Assembly: GCA_000934665.2 (NCBI GenBank)
Contig: KZ537965.1
Coordinates: 248,001-312,000 of the forward strand
Origin: Catajapyx aquilonaris
Lineage: Eukaryota
DNA length: 64,000 nt
Direction: 5' to 3'
Positions 27,170 through 38,882 of the stretch are shown piece by piece (the first letter of the stretch is position 1; every line of letters starts with the position of its first letter). Under the pieces are notes generated by a model. It was not told where the DNA came from, ran no database searches, and worked only from the letters and a program-made list of their open reading frames with translations. The position numbers and the translations under genes are program-made.

Positions 27170-27419
27170 TCCCTCTCTTTCTCTCTTCCTCACCCAAACA
27201 AATCTGAAAAGCATTTGGTGCGGATCGATTTGACTGCAGGATAGCTGGAAGATCTCTTCTCCCAACCTTCTTCCTCCTTAGACCACTCCTTCACCACGAA
27301 TTTGCTTTTTTTTTCTCTCTCGTCTCAGAACTTTTTTTATATAAGTTTTTTTGTGACTCCTTCCATCTCTTCCACCTGCCTTCAAAAAAATAATCAATCC
27401 TCTTTTCACTCAGGTAACG
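27170..27419 (+). other. Pyrimidine-rich tract ending in CAG|GTAACG (5'UTR exon end or recursive splice site)
   Basis: About 240 nt of C/T-rich sense sequence ending tcctcttttcactCAG|GTAACG at 27413/27414. Confidence 0.3.
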
Positions 27420-28079
27420 ACTGCGGCATGAAAGATTCCACGCTGGTAGCTGCCGTACTGACTTAATGTACTTTTGACGAATGGTGGGTTTGACCGCGGG
27501 CCAAAGAAGTGCGTTTCACGTCTCTTCTCTCGGGGGGAAAAAGTGTGGCCAATGCTGGATTATTCATGACTATGATGGGTTATATTTTTTGTGTGTAAAG
27601 AAGTCGAAATGTTTTGAAAAGAAATGTGAGGCGATGATGTCTTCTCCTAAAAAGCATGAGGAGGGGGGCAAAGAAACAGATTTTGAGGGGGGGGGCTCCC
27701 ATTTTCGCTCCTTTTCTCCACTCACTTAATGTTTTTATGACTTCCTCAATAGGAGCTTGAGTTTTGGAGCACGGTGTTTAGGAAGAAACAACGGTCTGGG
27801 TAATGGGACAACTTGAGAGCCCCCACCGTTGCTTGCCTTTTGCCTTGCCTTCCTTCCACTTCAGAATAAGCCGGCTTGGCTCGTGAAATCTGACACTGAC
27901 CTTTTCCAGGGGGATGTTGGTTTGTGTAGCAGCTTGTAGCACCCGGGCGTTGGGAGATAAGCACCCATCCTGAGTTATTGAGTCCGATTGGATTTCAGCT
28001 GCCTTTGGGTATATATCGAGAGTAGCTGCTGAGCGACACCAGAATTTCCACATTAAAAAGCCATATTGCTTAAATGCAT

Positions 28080-28327
28080 GAAATATATCGAAAATCGATA
28101 ATGCCTTAAACATATATCGACAATATCGAAAATCGATACTGCATATAGTAATACATAACGAAAATAGATTCTACAAAAAATATCCATATTTCCTCAGCAA
28201 ACATCTAAAATATCAATCGACCGTAAATACATGAAATATATCAAAAAATCGATACGACACATATCGATATATGCTGAAATATCGTCATAAATCGAAAATG
28301 CGATTTTTCTAAACATGCTAAGCACAC
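28080..28327. repeat. ATATCG/ATCGAT-rich degenerate repeat, probably a MITE remnant
   Basis: Many atatcga and aaaatcgat motifs in 250 bp. Similar patches occur at 43533-43575, 45900-45935 and 59395-59483. Confidence 0.5.
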
Positions 28328-31300
28328 AAACGCAGATTTCATGTTTAACTTGTTACAATATTGCATACAGGGTTGTAATGTACTGTAGGTGAGTGCAAGA
28401 TGAAATATTTTTTCTGGCTCTGCAGAAAGGTACTCTTCATCAGCCAGGGGGCACCGGATGTGCGCGGGCAAAAAGGAGATAACTTTGTTTGGATACCTCC
28501 CAGGGAACCCCTCAATATTGGGGGGGGGGGGGGGGGNGGGGGCCTCTGGTATTAGTCTCATGACGAAGCTGCTTCATGTTTTCCCTGGAACTTTCATCAG
28601 GGAGAGGTATAGATGTGGGGAGAGGAGAGGAGAGGGAGGGCTTGGAAAGTGGATTCGAGCCAACCATTCAGAATAATGTTGATGTAGCTATTAACCCCCG
28701 AGTCCACCGGGTTATTTCAGGGTTACGTGATTTGAAGCTGAGTAATCCGGCATCGAATTATTTCCAGGGAAAAATTTTCCAGGTCCATTTCCCCGCGAAT
28801 CCATAGTCAGGTCCTGGTGGGATAGTTTCCTGGAAAGGGCACTAGACAAGGCACTAGAACTAATATTGCACACCACAATACGACCAAGCAATTCAGGAAA
28901 ACGATGCCTGGCGGGACGCTACTGTAAAATAGCAGCTAATTTCAAAATTGCTACTGCTGCTGTTAACCCTAATACGCCTGATTTTTTTTGTATAAAATTT
29001 TTAGAATATTATTGTTACGAGCAAATGAAGAACTAACATAATGACCATAAGATAATAACTGTACTATAGGACACCAGACAGCTTTTGAGCCACTGTTTGC
29101 TTTTGGAGAATATATTATCCTCGGAGAAAATGATTTAACCGCAGTAATTTTTACACATGATGCTCCTGGAAACGTCTTGTTAACATGAGAAACTGCTTGT
29201 ATTCATGGTACTGTCGGGCCATCAGCAGACTTCATCAGGGCTGCCAGTCAGTCAGCAGTTATTTTCACGAGTGACAAACCCCCGACCTAGTCCGGATGCC
29301 AGGTTTGTGAGTGTCCTCTGGGAGTGTCCTGCAGGTGACAAACGTAATAGAAACGAGCTGGCACCAGAAAAGCGGTCAAACTTAATGTAGAAACCTAGGG
29401 TCAAGCTGTGGAGAGACATGCTTGTCACAGCTTTAGACTATCCTTAGCCGCCACTTGCTTTATAAATGAACCGTTATCCAATCCAGAATCCGTCAGAAGG
29501 TGGGCCAAGCGGCTCCAAAATAGTTTGACTGCATGGAACCCTCGGTATTTGGAAACCTGTAGGTGAATAAATTAAAAGGACTTCTCTCTTGCCCCTGTGC
29601 CCACCTCCCTGGTCAGAAAGGTCCGCCCTTGCCTTCTGAATTATACAAGGTTTTCTACTAGCTGGCGCATTGGAGTAAAGCACACTGAGTACACTGATAC
29701 ATATTGTATGGGTATGGTCAGGTCCCACACGTGATGTCACCGAAGATTCCAGAGAAACAGTACACTATTATTACACTCTGAAAGCTTCGGTGTAATAACA
29801 GTACTTTGAATCAATAGATATCTCCGGAGTTTGTTAATTATCGCGTGGGAGTATGAAAAAAAGAGGTCCTTTTAATATTGTCGTAGGGGGGGGGGGGATG
29901 ATGAAGAGTGGAAGGTGAAGCTATATTTGTCCGACACAATATTGCTGCCAGGAATGGCAAGGGAATGTGCAGTCGAGCTTATGAATATTAGAGTGCAAGG
30001 AATTAGCGTGATGTGGAGGGGGAAGGTCGCGGGTTATTTTGTTTGTCGGGATTGCAAAAGTTCACTGGAGAGGAACACAGCTTCATAAATCCGGGATTGT
30101 CATCCGTATATTCTGTCAATAATTTTTAAGCAGTTGATTCAAATATCAACCGCTTTTTACATATTCAATGACTCAGTTCATAAAGTACATAATTAATTTG
30201 CCAATTTAAGAGTCTATTAGGAATTTGTTAATTATTGAGCCCTGAAAAGTAGGGTCTATTGGTATAGTGAAAGTATCCACAGTACAGTACATTATATAGA
30301 ATTGATCAGAATACTACGTACGTGTTAGAGTAATTCATCAGCAGTACGCTGTCCATAAATCCACGTCATAACTTCCAAGTTCACATCATGAATGCTTTAA
30401 TTTTTTTTCGGACAGCTTTTAATCGGATAAATTGTGGGTTGGCCTTTTGTCGGAGTACACCTTGTGCTGGGGGACGAGGACTAGGGCGAAAATGTCTGAT
30501 AGACCCAACAAAGCCAGTCCCTTGTTTTGCCCTTCGATGTCGGTGCTATGTGATGTGCAATAGTTTCGGGACACTGAATTGCTGGAATTCCTTTCATCTG
30601 TGTAACCTTGGTGTGCTTTCGAAATTTCAAAGTGAACTGCGCAGAGAAAGTGGCATTCATTCCAAAAGGAATATTCATGTACGAGTCCGTTTGTGTGTGT
30701 GTGTCTACGTTCCGTTTTTTTCGCAATAATATCGAGGGCATGCAGCCTGAGGAGATTTCCATTATTCTGTAGATTGTATAGGGTCACAATTTGGCCGCAA
30801 TATTTTTTGTGTGTGTGTTGTACAGTCTGTGTTGTTTCATTCCAGGCCCCCCTTTTTGTTTGGCTTGCTAAACAAGACAATCGCATCATCAGTTTTGCAG
30901 CTTCGGTTAGCCGCACCGGCACACGAATCGGGAAGGTCATTCTTGAAGTCAGGAATGCGTGAAATGACATTGGTGCAGCAGGTGACCTTTTACGATTTTA
31001 CTCTCTCGACCTTGCATTTTTTTTAAACGTTCCGATTATGCATCGCCAACTGATCCACAAAAAAACAGTGTATCAGATGCCAGTGACGGCCTTAAGCCCC
31101 GTGACAGCAACAATTGTTGCATGGCCAGGATGTAACCTTACATATTATACTCCTTCCTAAGGCAGTCCTGGATATATCCTTGGGAAAGGGCCGTGCCGCA
31201 AGGCAACACAACGGAATGCATGGAACGCGGCAAATTCTGTAACTTATCAGTGAGCAGGAAACGTCACACGCCCCCGAAACTATATAGTACTGCTCTAACT

Positions 31301-31598
31301 GTTGGGTTTTCTAAAGCATAGAAAGGTGGCTTAACATTTCATTTAGTGGGCCAGAAAACCACGGTCGTGAATAATAGACTTGCGGGAGGATAGTTTCAAA
31401 AGGGCAAGGTTACCTACTCACTAATCCTGGACTAAAAACAGCCACTGTACAAGGGCGTGCAATGCAGGGTCAGAGTTAACGTCACCTGCATCGTAATTTG
31501 CTCGGGAATTGCCACGCTGTATTTCCACTGCCTATAAAATGGGAAGGTCTAAAAAAATTGATTTTTTAAAAAATTAGACACCCACACTGTACTCTCAA

Positions 31599-31740
31599 TC
31601 TTACACGTATAAAACTGAAATTTGTTGGTATGTATGTCACGGCTACCTAACCCACTTCCGAAGCTCTGAAAGTGCTGAAACTTGTCGCTGATTTAGAAAA
31701 AAGTCCGAAAACTGAACCTTTTTTTTGAGTCGAAATATCT
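31599..31740 (+). mobile_element. Non-autonomous Helitron-like repeat, family B, copy 1
   Basis: Shares gtatgtc(a/t)cggctacctaacccacttcc, ctctga(a/t)agtgctgaaactt, gtcgctgattt and gagtc(g/t)aaat with 55102-55280. Starts A|TCTTA followed by a GTAT/GTTT micro-repeat, as in Lep1-like Helitrons. Has a 20-bp deletion relative to copy 2. Confidence 0.7.
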
Positions 31741-34724
31741 GAAGGTTAGAATTATTTTTAAAATTATCTTTGGTGTCTCATTTTGTGGCACATTTTCATT
31801 TATCAGTCACCGTGCTAGTTTGGGCACTATTTTTTATATACTGTACTTATGTCGGCTCAACTTTTGATGGTTGCGCCTCAGGTATCAAGGTACAGTGACC
31901 GAGCACCTCCTATTGTCCAGACGTGATTAAGTTGGCTCCAGGAATGTCTTTTCGGGAGGGAATGACCAGTGGCCAGTCCCCCCAGATGGTGACCACCATT
32001 GGGGGGGGGGGGGGGGAAGCTGCGGAGGGCCCCTAATCAGATCGTGGCGTGTGGAAAATCATCCCGGCTAATATGATTAGGCCTTTTGGAAGGGCAGCTG
32101 CCGCAAGAGCTGGCCAACCAACAGATGCAATCTTGCGGAGAACCCCCCCTTTTGCTTATAGGGCCCCCACCAGTAGTACGGAGGCTTCTAACTCAATTGC
32201 ACTATTGCAAGCCAGCTGGACTCGTGGCCATCTCTAATGACCAACGGGGGCTCCTAATTGACCAAGAGCTATGGGCGCCTGTCTGTCTGCCCATGACCAG
32301 CCTTTCCTGCCTTCTACTTGCTGCTATGGCCACTTCATTGATCACTCACCTCCCCCCCTCCGAGTGTACCCCCCGAAAATGTCCCGTGACCCATCCATTT
32401 CACTCACACAATCACGTTACTGACCTTGCTGGTTTGGAGGGGGGGGGGGGAACCTTTATTTTTGGGTGACGTCAGAGGGATAATTTGTCAACATTATTGG
32501 ATGAAACATTAATTAAGTAGCATTTATTTGGACCCCAAAAAAATTGTGCTGTACAGTGTGTAACCTGACCGTATTTACACCGAAGAGTACATTACTTGCA
32601 TGGTCAGTGTACAGCAGACATATTGCATTACACCACCCCGGGATGAGAATCTCTTTTGTTGGTGGACGCCACGAGCTCGAAAAATAAAAAACCCCCCCGC
32701 ACACGGTTTGTATGGACGTAAAGTTGTGTGTAACCCAAACCGCGGACATGACCTGTTCGTCGTCATGCGAAGGTGATGTTGCGATAGGAACGCAGGCAGG
32801 CAGAAGCTGCCAGACATGTCTGCATTTTTTATCAGCACCAGGCGGGGGAAACACTGGGTGAATCAGAACTGCAGGGTCATCATCCCCCCAAAAAAGTAGT
32901 GTTTATTGCAACATGCTGGCTCACCCTGTATTTTCCTATATTTTTTTTTATTTATTTTAAAAAAAGGCATTTCGAAACGTGGAGAGTGCGCAGGAAATTA
33001 TCGCCTCGGGTGTAAACTAGGGAACACAAATGAAGTAACCGCTTGCAAGCCCGGGATGGTGAAAATCATCCCATTGTGTTGTTGTCCCCGGAGAAAAACA
33101 TCCAAAGCGCGCCAAAGATGGAGGACAAAACACGTAAACAATGCAAATACTTTGTGCTCATATATCTCGTGCCCCACTTGAATTGGAAATTCCGGTTTTT
33201 TGTGGATTCAATTCTAGGTCCGGACATCCATCTCTGTATATCACTAGTGGGGGGGAAACCAAAATAATGGAGCAATTTTTGGTATAGGGCGGTCCAAATT
33301 GAGTCGTCATCACCCCTCCTTCCGGGACCTTTCCCCCCGGTCCTTTTTGGGGCCGGAGACGTAAACAAGGTCCCCCTGGAGATGCGGAAATGAGGGGGGG
33401 GGGGGGACCATCATATAGGGAGAAAAGGAGGAAGGGGGACATCTAGAGAGACCACAACAGATGCTGTGTGACACAGCCTTTTGCCCTCAGGAGGAAAACC
33501 CCCTTCTAGTCTGGCAATCTCTTCATCCAGAGAGACATGCCTACCGACTAATCAGCTCTGGGGAGAATGAATGGAGGCTTGATTATCATCGTGGTCAGTG
33601 TCCCATTGTCCTCCTTTTGTTGCCCCCTGAGAAGGCCATCTTGTCTGCTGCCAGCCCCATTGTGAACCGAATCTTTGTGATAAGACCCGCTCTTAGGATG
33701 TTGTTTACTAATAAAAGGCTAGTGCGGTTAGGGTTGAAAGTTACTTCTAGTGATATGTCATCCGGATTGTTAGGAAATTTACAACAACAATCCCAAATTG
33801 AACCTGTTTTTTTAAACCAGAATATTTTATTGACCAAACCGGGAGATTACCTCAACTCTGAGGCCCTTCCAGACAGTGTTGCGTGAAGGAATGTCCGTTT
33901 TAATCAGAGGAGTAAGGGAAGCCATATAATTCCGCAGGAGCCAGGAAGTTCATTGGCAGCGTAGAAAGAGCAAGATGAGATGTGCAAGGCCCATTCGACT
34001 AGGGCTCCCAAATGCCTTCCGAGAGCCTCTTTACACCCTCCACAAACACCTTTTACCCCCAGCCGGTATTTCTACTTTATAGTCATGCGTCGCTACTGTA
34101 CTTGTTTGTTATGAGATTGCCCTTTCCCACCCTTCCTCCAAGCCAGTCGGAAGTGGAAGCTTTTCGTGCCCTGCATTAGCCTATCTCTCTCCTGACTGAC
34201 GATAGACGAGCTAATGCCTTGTTTGGCTGCCATTGCCCACCTATAATGCTCGCACTGCCAATTACACCCGCCTTTATGTGATTAATTTCCAGGCCAAAAT
34301 GGCCATTTATCTCCCAATACACTCGTAAAAGCCATCGCTGCCTTTATTCTTATCGTGACGTGTGGAGAACTTATTGGCCCATTTCGCATACACGTCCTCC
34401 AACCCAACACGCCCAAAAAGTTTATTGTCAGCAAGTCTTCCCTCTTAAGAATAATATCTCAGCATAGGAAGTGTCTCCAGAGGAAATTGCTACTTTCCAG
34501 TGCTGGAGCGGGGAAGCTGATGCGCTCTTTTCTGACAAAAGGAGCTGCTGGGGGAAACACTGTCGCCTCGTTACAATTTGCACCGGGGTGTTCATAAACA
34601 TCATGATTTTAAAATCGGAGTGCAAACTGATTTATTAAGTTATACTTCGGAAGGACTAATGGGAGACCGAATGTGGTAGGGGTACACGCTGCATCAACCG
34701 ATCCCATGACCTAACCTTCCTTCT

Positions 34725-34826
34725 CGGCGGATACACGCCCATCTTTCAGCGGATACACCCCTATCAGTCAGCGGATACACCCCTACCCGTCAGCGGATCA
34801 ACGCATATCCTTCAGCAGCTACATGC
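34725..34826. repeat. 22-bp minisatellite (cagcggatacacccctatcagt), about 4.5 copies
   Basis: gcggatacac recurs every 22 bp and degenerates at both edges; an inverted partial unit (aggggtacacgctg) lies at 34678. Confidence 0.9.
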
Positions 34827-37800
34827 TTAGGAGTGTATAGGCAAAAGTTCTGGGTCTCCCAATACGAAAGAGTAGCCGTTACTTCTCATGTCAATCTGCA
34901 CTTTCTGAAAACGGTGTTTTGCCAGTGTAGTGAAAGTGCATCGTGTGTAATATAGACCTGCAATTAATCAAGTGCGTCCGGGCAGTGCAAGCCACAGCAG
35001 CATCCTCTAAGGGGCCTTCCGGGCGTCCCAAACAAGAGCTCACCTAACCATCGGACTCGTTTTCCTTGATGCAAAGAGAAGGCCGTCATCATCTAGCCCC
35101 CCTCTGTTGCATCTCTCCCACCCAACCCTTCCCCCACTCCTTTTCCTCTACCACTTCTGTGGTCTCGAGCCCGCAATTGCAGCATTCACGTGCTTCTTTC
35201 TCTCTGCTGGAGGAGACTCTATCTATATGTACACTGAAAATGTGCCCGGGGAAGAAAGTCTTTAACTATCTGAGCGACGCCGAGACTGCTGGAATTTCAG
35301 CGTTTGCTGAACAATCTGAAGGAATTTCCTGCTTGACTCCAACAATGGCGGGACTCGTTTCTTTTGTTGTGTAAGAAAGGAGGTGGGGGGGGGGNNGGGG
35401 GGGGGGGGGGGGAGGAGAAGCTGAAAATTCAGTGACAGTCGTCCTCGTAACACATTCCGATCAGGAACGGTGCTCTAATTTTTCATAGACATACCGACAA
35501 AGAGTTAACTTTCAATCTTCGCCAAACAGTGTAGATGTAATTAGTATTTTTTTTAGAGCGTTCACATGGCTCGGAGCAGATTTTTCTTTCTTTGATTGTA
35601 AAGGGAGTCCTCTCGGGTGTGTGGATGGGCCAGGAAGCCCTTTAGGCTCATTCTAAGAGCGTCTTGAGCCGACCGGAGCATTCTCGAGGTTCTCCAGCGC
35701 CGGAAGGATCGGATTGTAAGGCTCAACCCTTGATGGGCTCAACTGGCATCCAGCTTTGGGAGCAGTGAAAGTGAGCCAGCGATCGAGCGAAAGTGAAATA
35801 ACAGTGAGGCAAGGAGGGTGGCCTCACCTACAAGACTGTCCAAGTGATTGCCATTTTTTTTTTGAAACAAAAATTTGCGTCAATATGGGCGGTACTTTTG
35901 TTAAGTCGGACTATTCTAGAACAGAAAGTAAATCCTAGTGGCGGCTAAAGAAGCTCGCTTTCTCCTGGTAGTGACTTTTCTGCCGAATTCGCTCGCCTTA
36001 GCGCCAGAGAAATGGGCTCAGCTTGTTGTCTTGGCAGACGGACAGGATTGATGCAAAAAGAGGAGAGCCAAGACTCTCCTTTTTGGTTGGATTGGGAACT
36101 CTTTTTTGGAAGTTCTCCCCACTCAAAAAGTTCTGGAAAGGTTATCGCCAGCTTTTTCTTATAGGTGTGGGTCGCATATATGTAGGGCGGATAGTGTTAG
36201 TCACGCATGATTAGGGGAGGCCAGACATCCACATGCATGCTTCGCCGTGTCTCGCTGCTTTGGAATGCCAAGGCCCATCAACCCACGGTCTTTGCACCAA
36301 TAACGTGTCACCTACGTGCTACTGGTTCAATGCGCTTGTGCAACACACCCCCTCACCTGTTGCCCACACGTGCGTGACCTTTTTTAAAGTCGAAACTCCA
36401 TTGGGAGGTCGAGAGATGTCTGAGGCGTCAATCCTCAAATATTTGGCAATATCCTAGGCGGAAGGTAAACAAACATGTGGAAGGTCTAGTCACTCCCAAA
36501 ACAGTCGCTATCATTGCCCTGGTTTGCGTCACAGAGAACTCCATGACCTACTTAACCTATATGCCCTATGCGCAGGTGTTGTGCGCACATGCGCAGATCA
36601 TATGCGCACGTGTTATTTTACGAATGTCAACAAATCCAGATCGTTTCGAGACAGACAAAAATGTAATCATTCCTTGCAGCAAGGGCATACATGACATTTA
36701 TCACAGATCACGTCTGTATTACGCGGACATAGCACGTAATTAGCAGGTACTTTTTGACGTGTTTCATAAATGGGATCATGCGATGTATTCTCGGATCTGA
36801 CAAGATAACAGGTACAAGTACATATGATACATCTTATAGGGAAGTCTCAAGTTTTCCTGTAAACAATACACAGCCTGGAGACTCAGTGATAAGTAACTAT
36901 CATATATTGCTCGGGAATGTTTTTTTAAAAATTACTTGGTACTTCTGATGAATGCAGACTGGATGGTCGCGACATGCGCATGAATCGGTACTGTAGCGTA
37001 AAAACAACGCTGAAAATAATTACGTAGTGGCCGTGAGCTCCACACAATCTACTACACGTACTATGCAGACGCTCCAAGCCATGTATAGTGTGTGCTATAT
37101 CCTAACCCTTTTCCCCCCCCCATCCTCAATTCGCAGTTTTCGGGCTTGGAACTCGGGGAGTTGGCACTTGTTCTAGGTTGCAGCAGAAGCCTCCGTCACT
37201 CTCATTTCTCATTCCTGGTCGGACAGTCCGGGGTTGGTTTTGGAACAGGTTTCCACTGGGCTCCCAGATCCGTTGGCTGTCATAACTTGGCAGATGGTAG
37301 AGGAGGTGCTTCCGCAGCTACCAGCACACGTCTTCTTCCGACACCTAATTGCGTTGGAATGCCGGCTAGCTAGAAGAACAAGCCAGATTATATGACTTTC
37401 TCCACACTCGCAATTATTATTTTTTTAAATAATAAATTACTCGAGAGTGATGTACCGTCCAAGAGAAATTTTTGTGGTAAATATGATCTTCGAGCCATCA
37501 AAAATAGTTCGGCGACAGAATGTCAGGTACACAAAAAAGGTGTCCATTGTGCGACTGACTCACGAGGGAACAGTAATATCCTGGTAATGATAGCAAGGGT
37601 ACGAAGGTTTTCCCCTCCCTCCCCTCCCAGAGTTATTTGCAGGCGAAAAAGACAAGGCTGTGTACCGTCTCGAGGTCGCCTTCTGGCGTCCAATGCGTCA
37701 CAAAAGAGTCGCTGATTAGTTATTTGGGGGACAGTTGCTGTGCGGAGGCAGAGCAACCATTATGTTTCTGCAACATTTTTTGGCGACCATTGCTGAGCAA

Positions 37801-37962
37801 TTAGACGGAATAATTCAGGGAGGGAAATCTCAAGGCCGGATATCAAAAGCTTTCACATCCTAGATCTCTAAAAATTGTGCTTATATCGGCTAGTTTTCTA
37901 TACCCCGGGGAAAGTTTTATGGGCGCTCTTTTCCACCAAGAATGTAAAGCTCAGATGATGAA

Positions 37963-37984
37963 GAGAGAGAGAGAGAGAGAGAGA
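37963..37984. repeat. (GA)n microsatellite
   Basis: Pure GA run; similar runs at about 18771-18790 and 50075-50094. Confidence 0.9.
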
Positions 37985-38779
37985 TGGAAACAAATGGTGA
38001 AATTCAGGGGCTGGTATAGTCAGTCATACGTGGCCAAAGTGTTGATGCAATGCTAGGGTTGAAGGAAGGTGTCCCATTCTGTCACCGGGGGGGGGGGGGG
38101 GGGGGGNAAAAAAATGACATAACTTGACAGCAGATCTATTTGGTCTGAAGGGGGGGGGGGGAACTATTTCCAGGAGCTTATTTTAAAATCCCAGGGTGGG
38201 GAAAGACTTATCCGCGAATCTCAGATGTGCACACTTTTGCCAACTATATGACATTTTCCTTTTTCCGGAATAACTTCTCTGAATAGTGCAAATAGTAGAT
38301 TTAAACCTGACATGAACAATCGACTGGGATGTTGTCACGATTTGTCACACATGACGTTATGGGGCAGCCAACAGCAGCTCTTAGCTAAAAGAAAAAAAGA
38401 TATAGGAAAAAGGCGCCGGCGCCTTTCACACGTCTGGCCTACTTCGTGTGCGATTTGCTTTGGATAACACCCCCTGCAAAAGCAGTTAATATTCTGGCAT
38501 GTAACGTTTTTTTCTCTCTCTCTCACTCGGCTGTGCGTGAGGATGGACACCGAGGGGGGAATCTTTTTCTTTTCTGCCAGGATAGAAAGTTTTCTTATCG
38601 TTTATAGGAAGTGTCCATTTTCCCCTCCCTTTCGCAAGTGGGCCCCCGGGTTCAATTACTCGACACTAAAAGCATGCGACTTAACCTACTTGACGAGCAG
38701 ACAGTAGCGTCCAAAATGGGCAGGTCCAGACAATGTTGCAGATTCGCTTATAAAAATTGCAGGCGAATATTATCTTGTT

Positions 38780-38882
38780 ATCCGGACACAGAATCGTCCC
38801 CCACCCTTTTTTTCTTTATTGTCCGGATCCCCCCCTTTTCATATATCCGGACCACAGAAAAGGCCCACCCCTCTTTTATTTT
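38780..38882. repeat. Imperfect local duplication (about 64-bp period) with TCCGGA palindromes
   Basis: tatccggac(c)acagaa...cccaccc...ttt occurs twice, with an inverted tgtccggat between the copies. Confidence 0.5.

Noticed and set aside
30419..30970. Longest ORF (183 aa, minus strand)
   Set aside because: It includes translated (CA)n repeats, overlaps several equally uninformative ORFs and has no recognisable motif.
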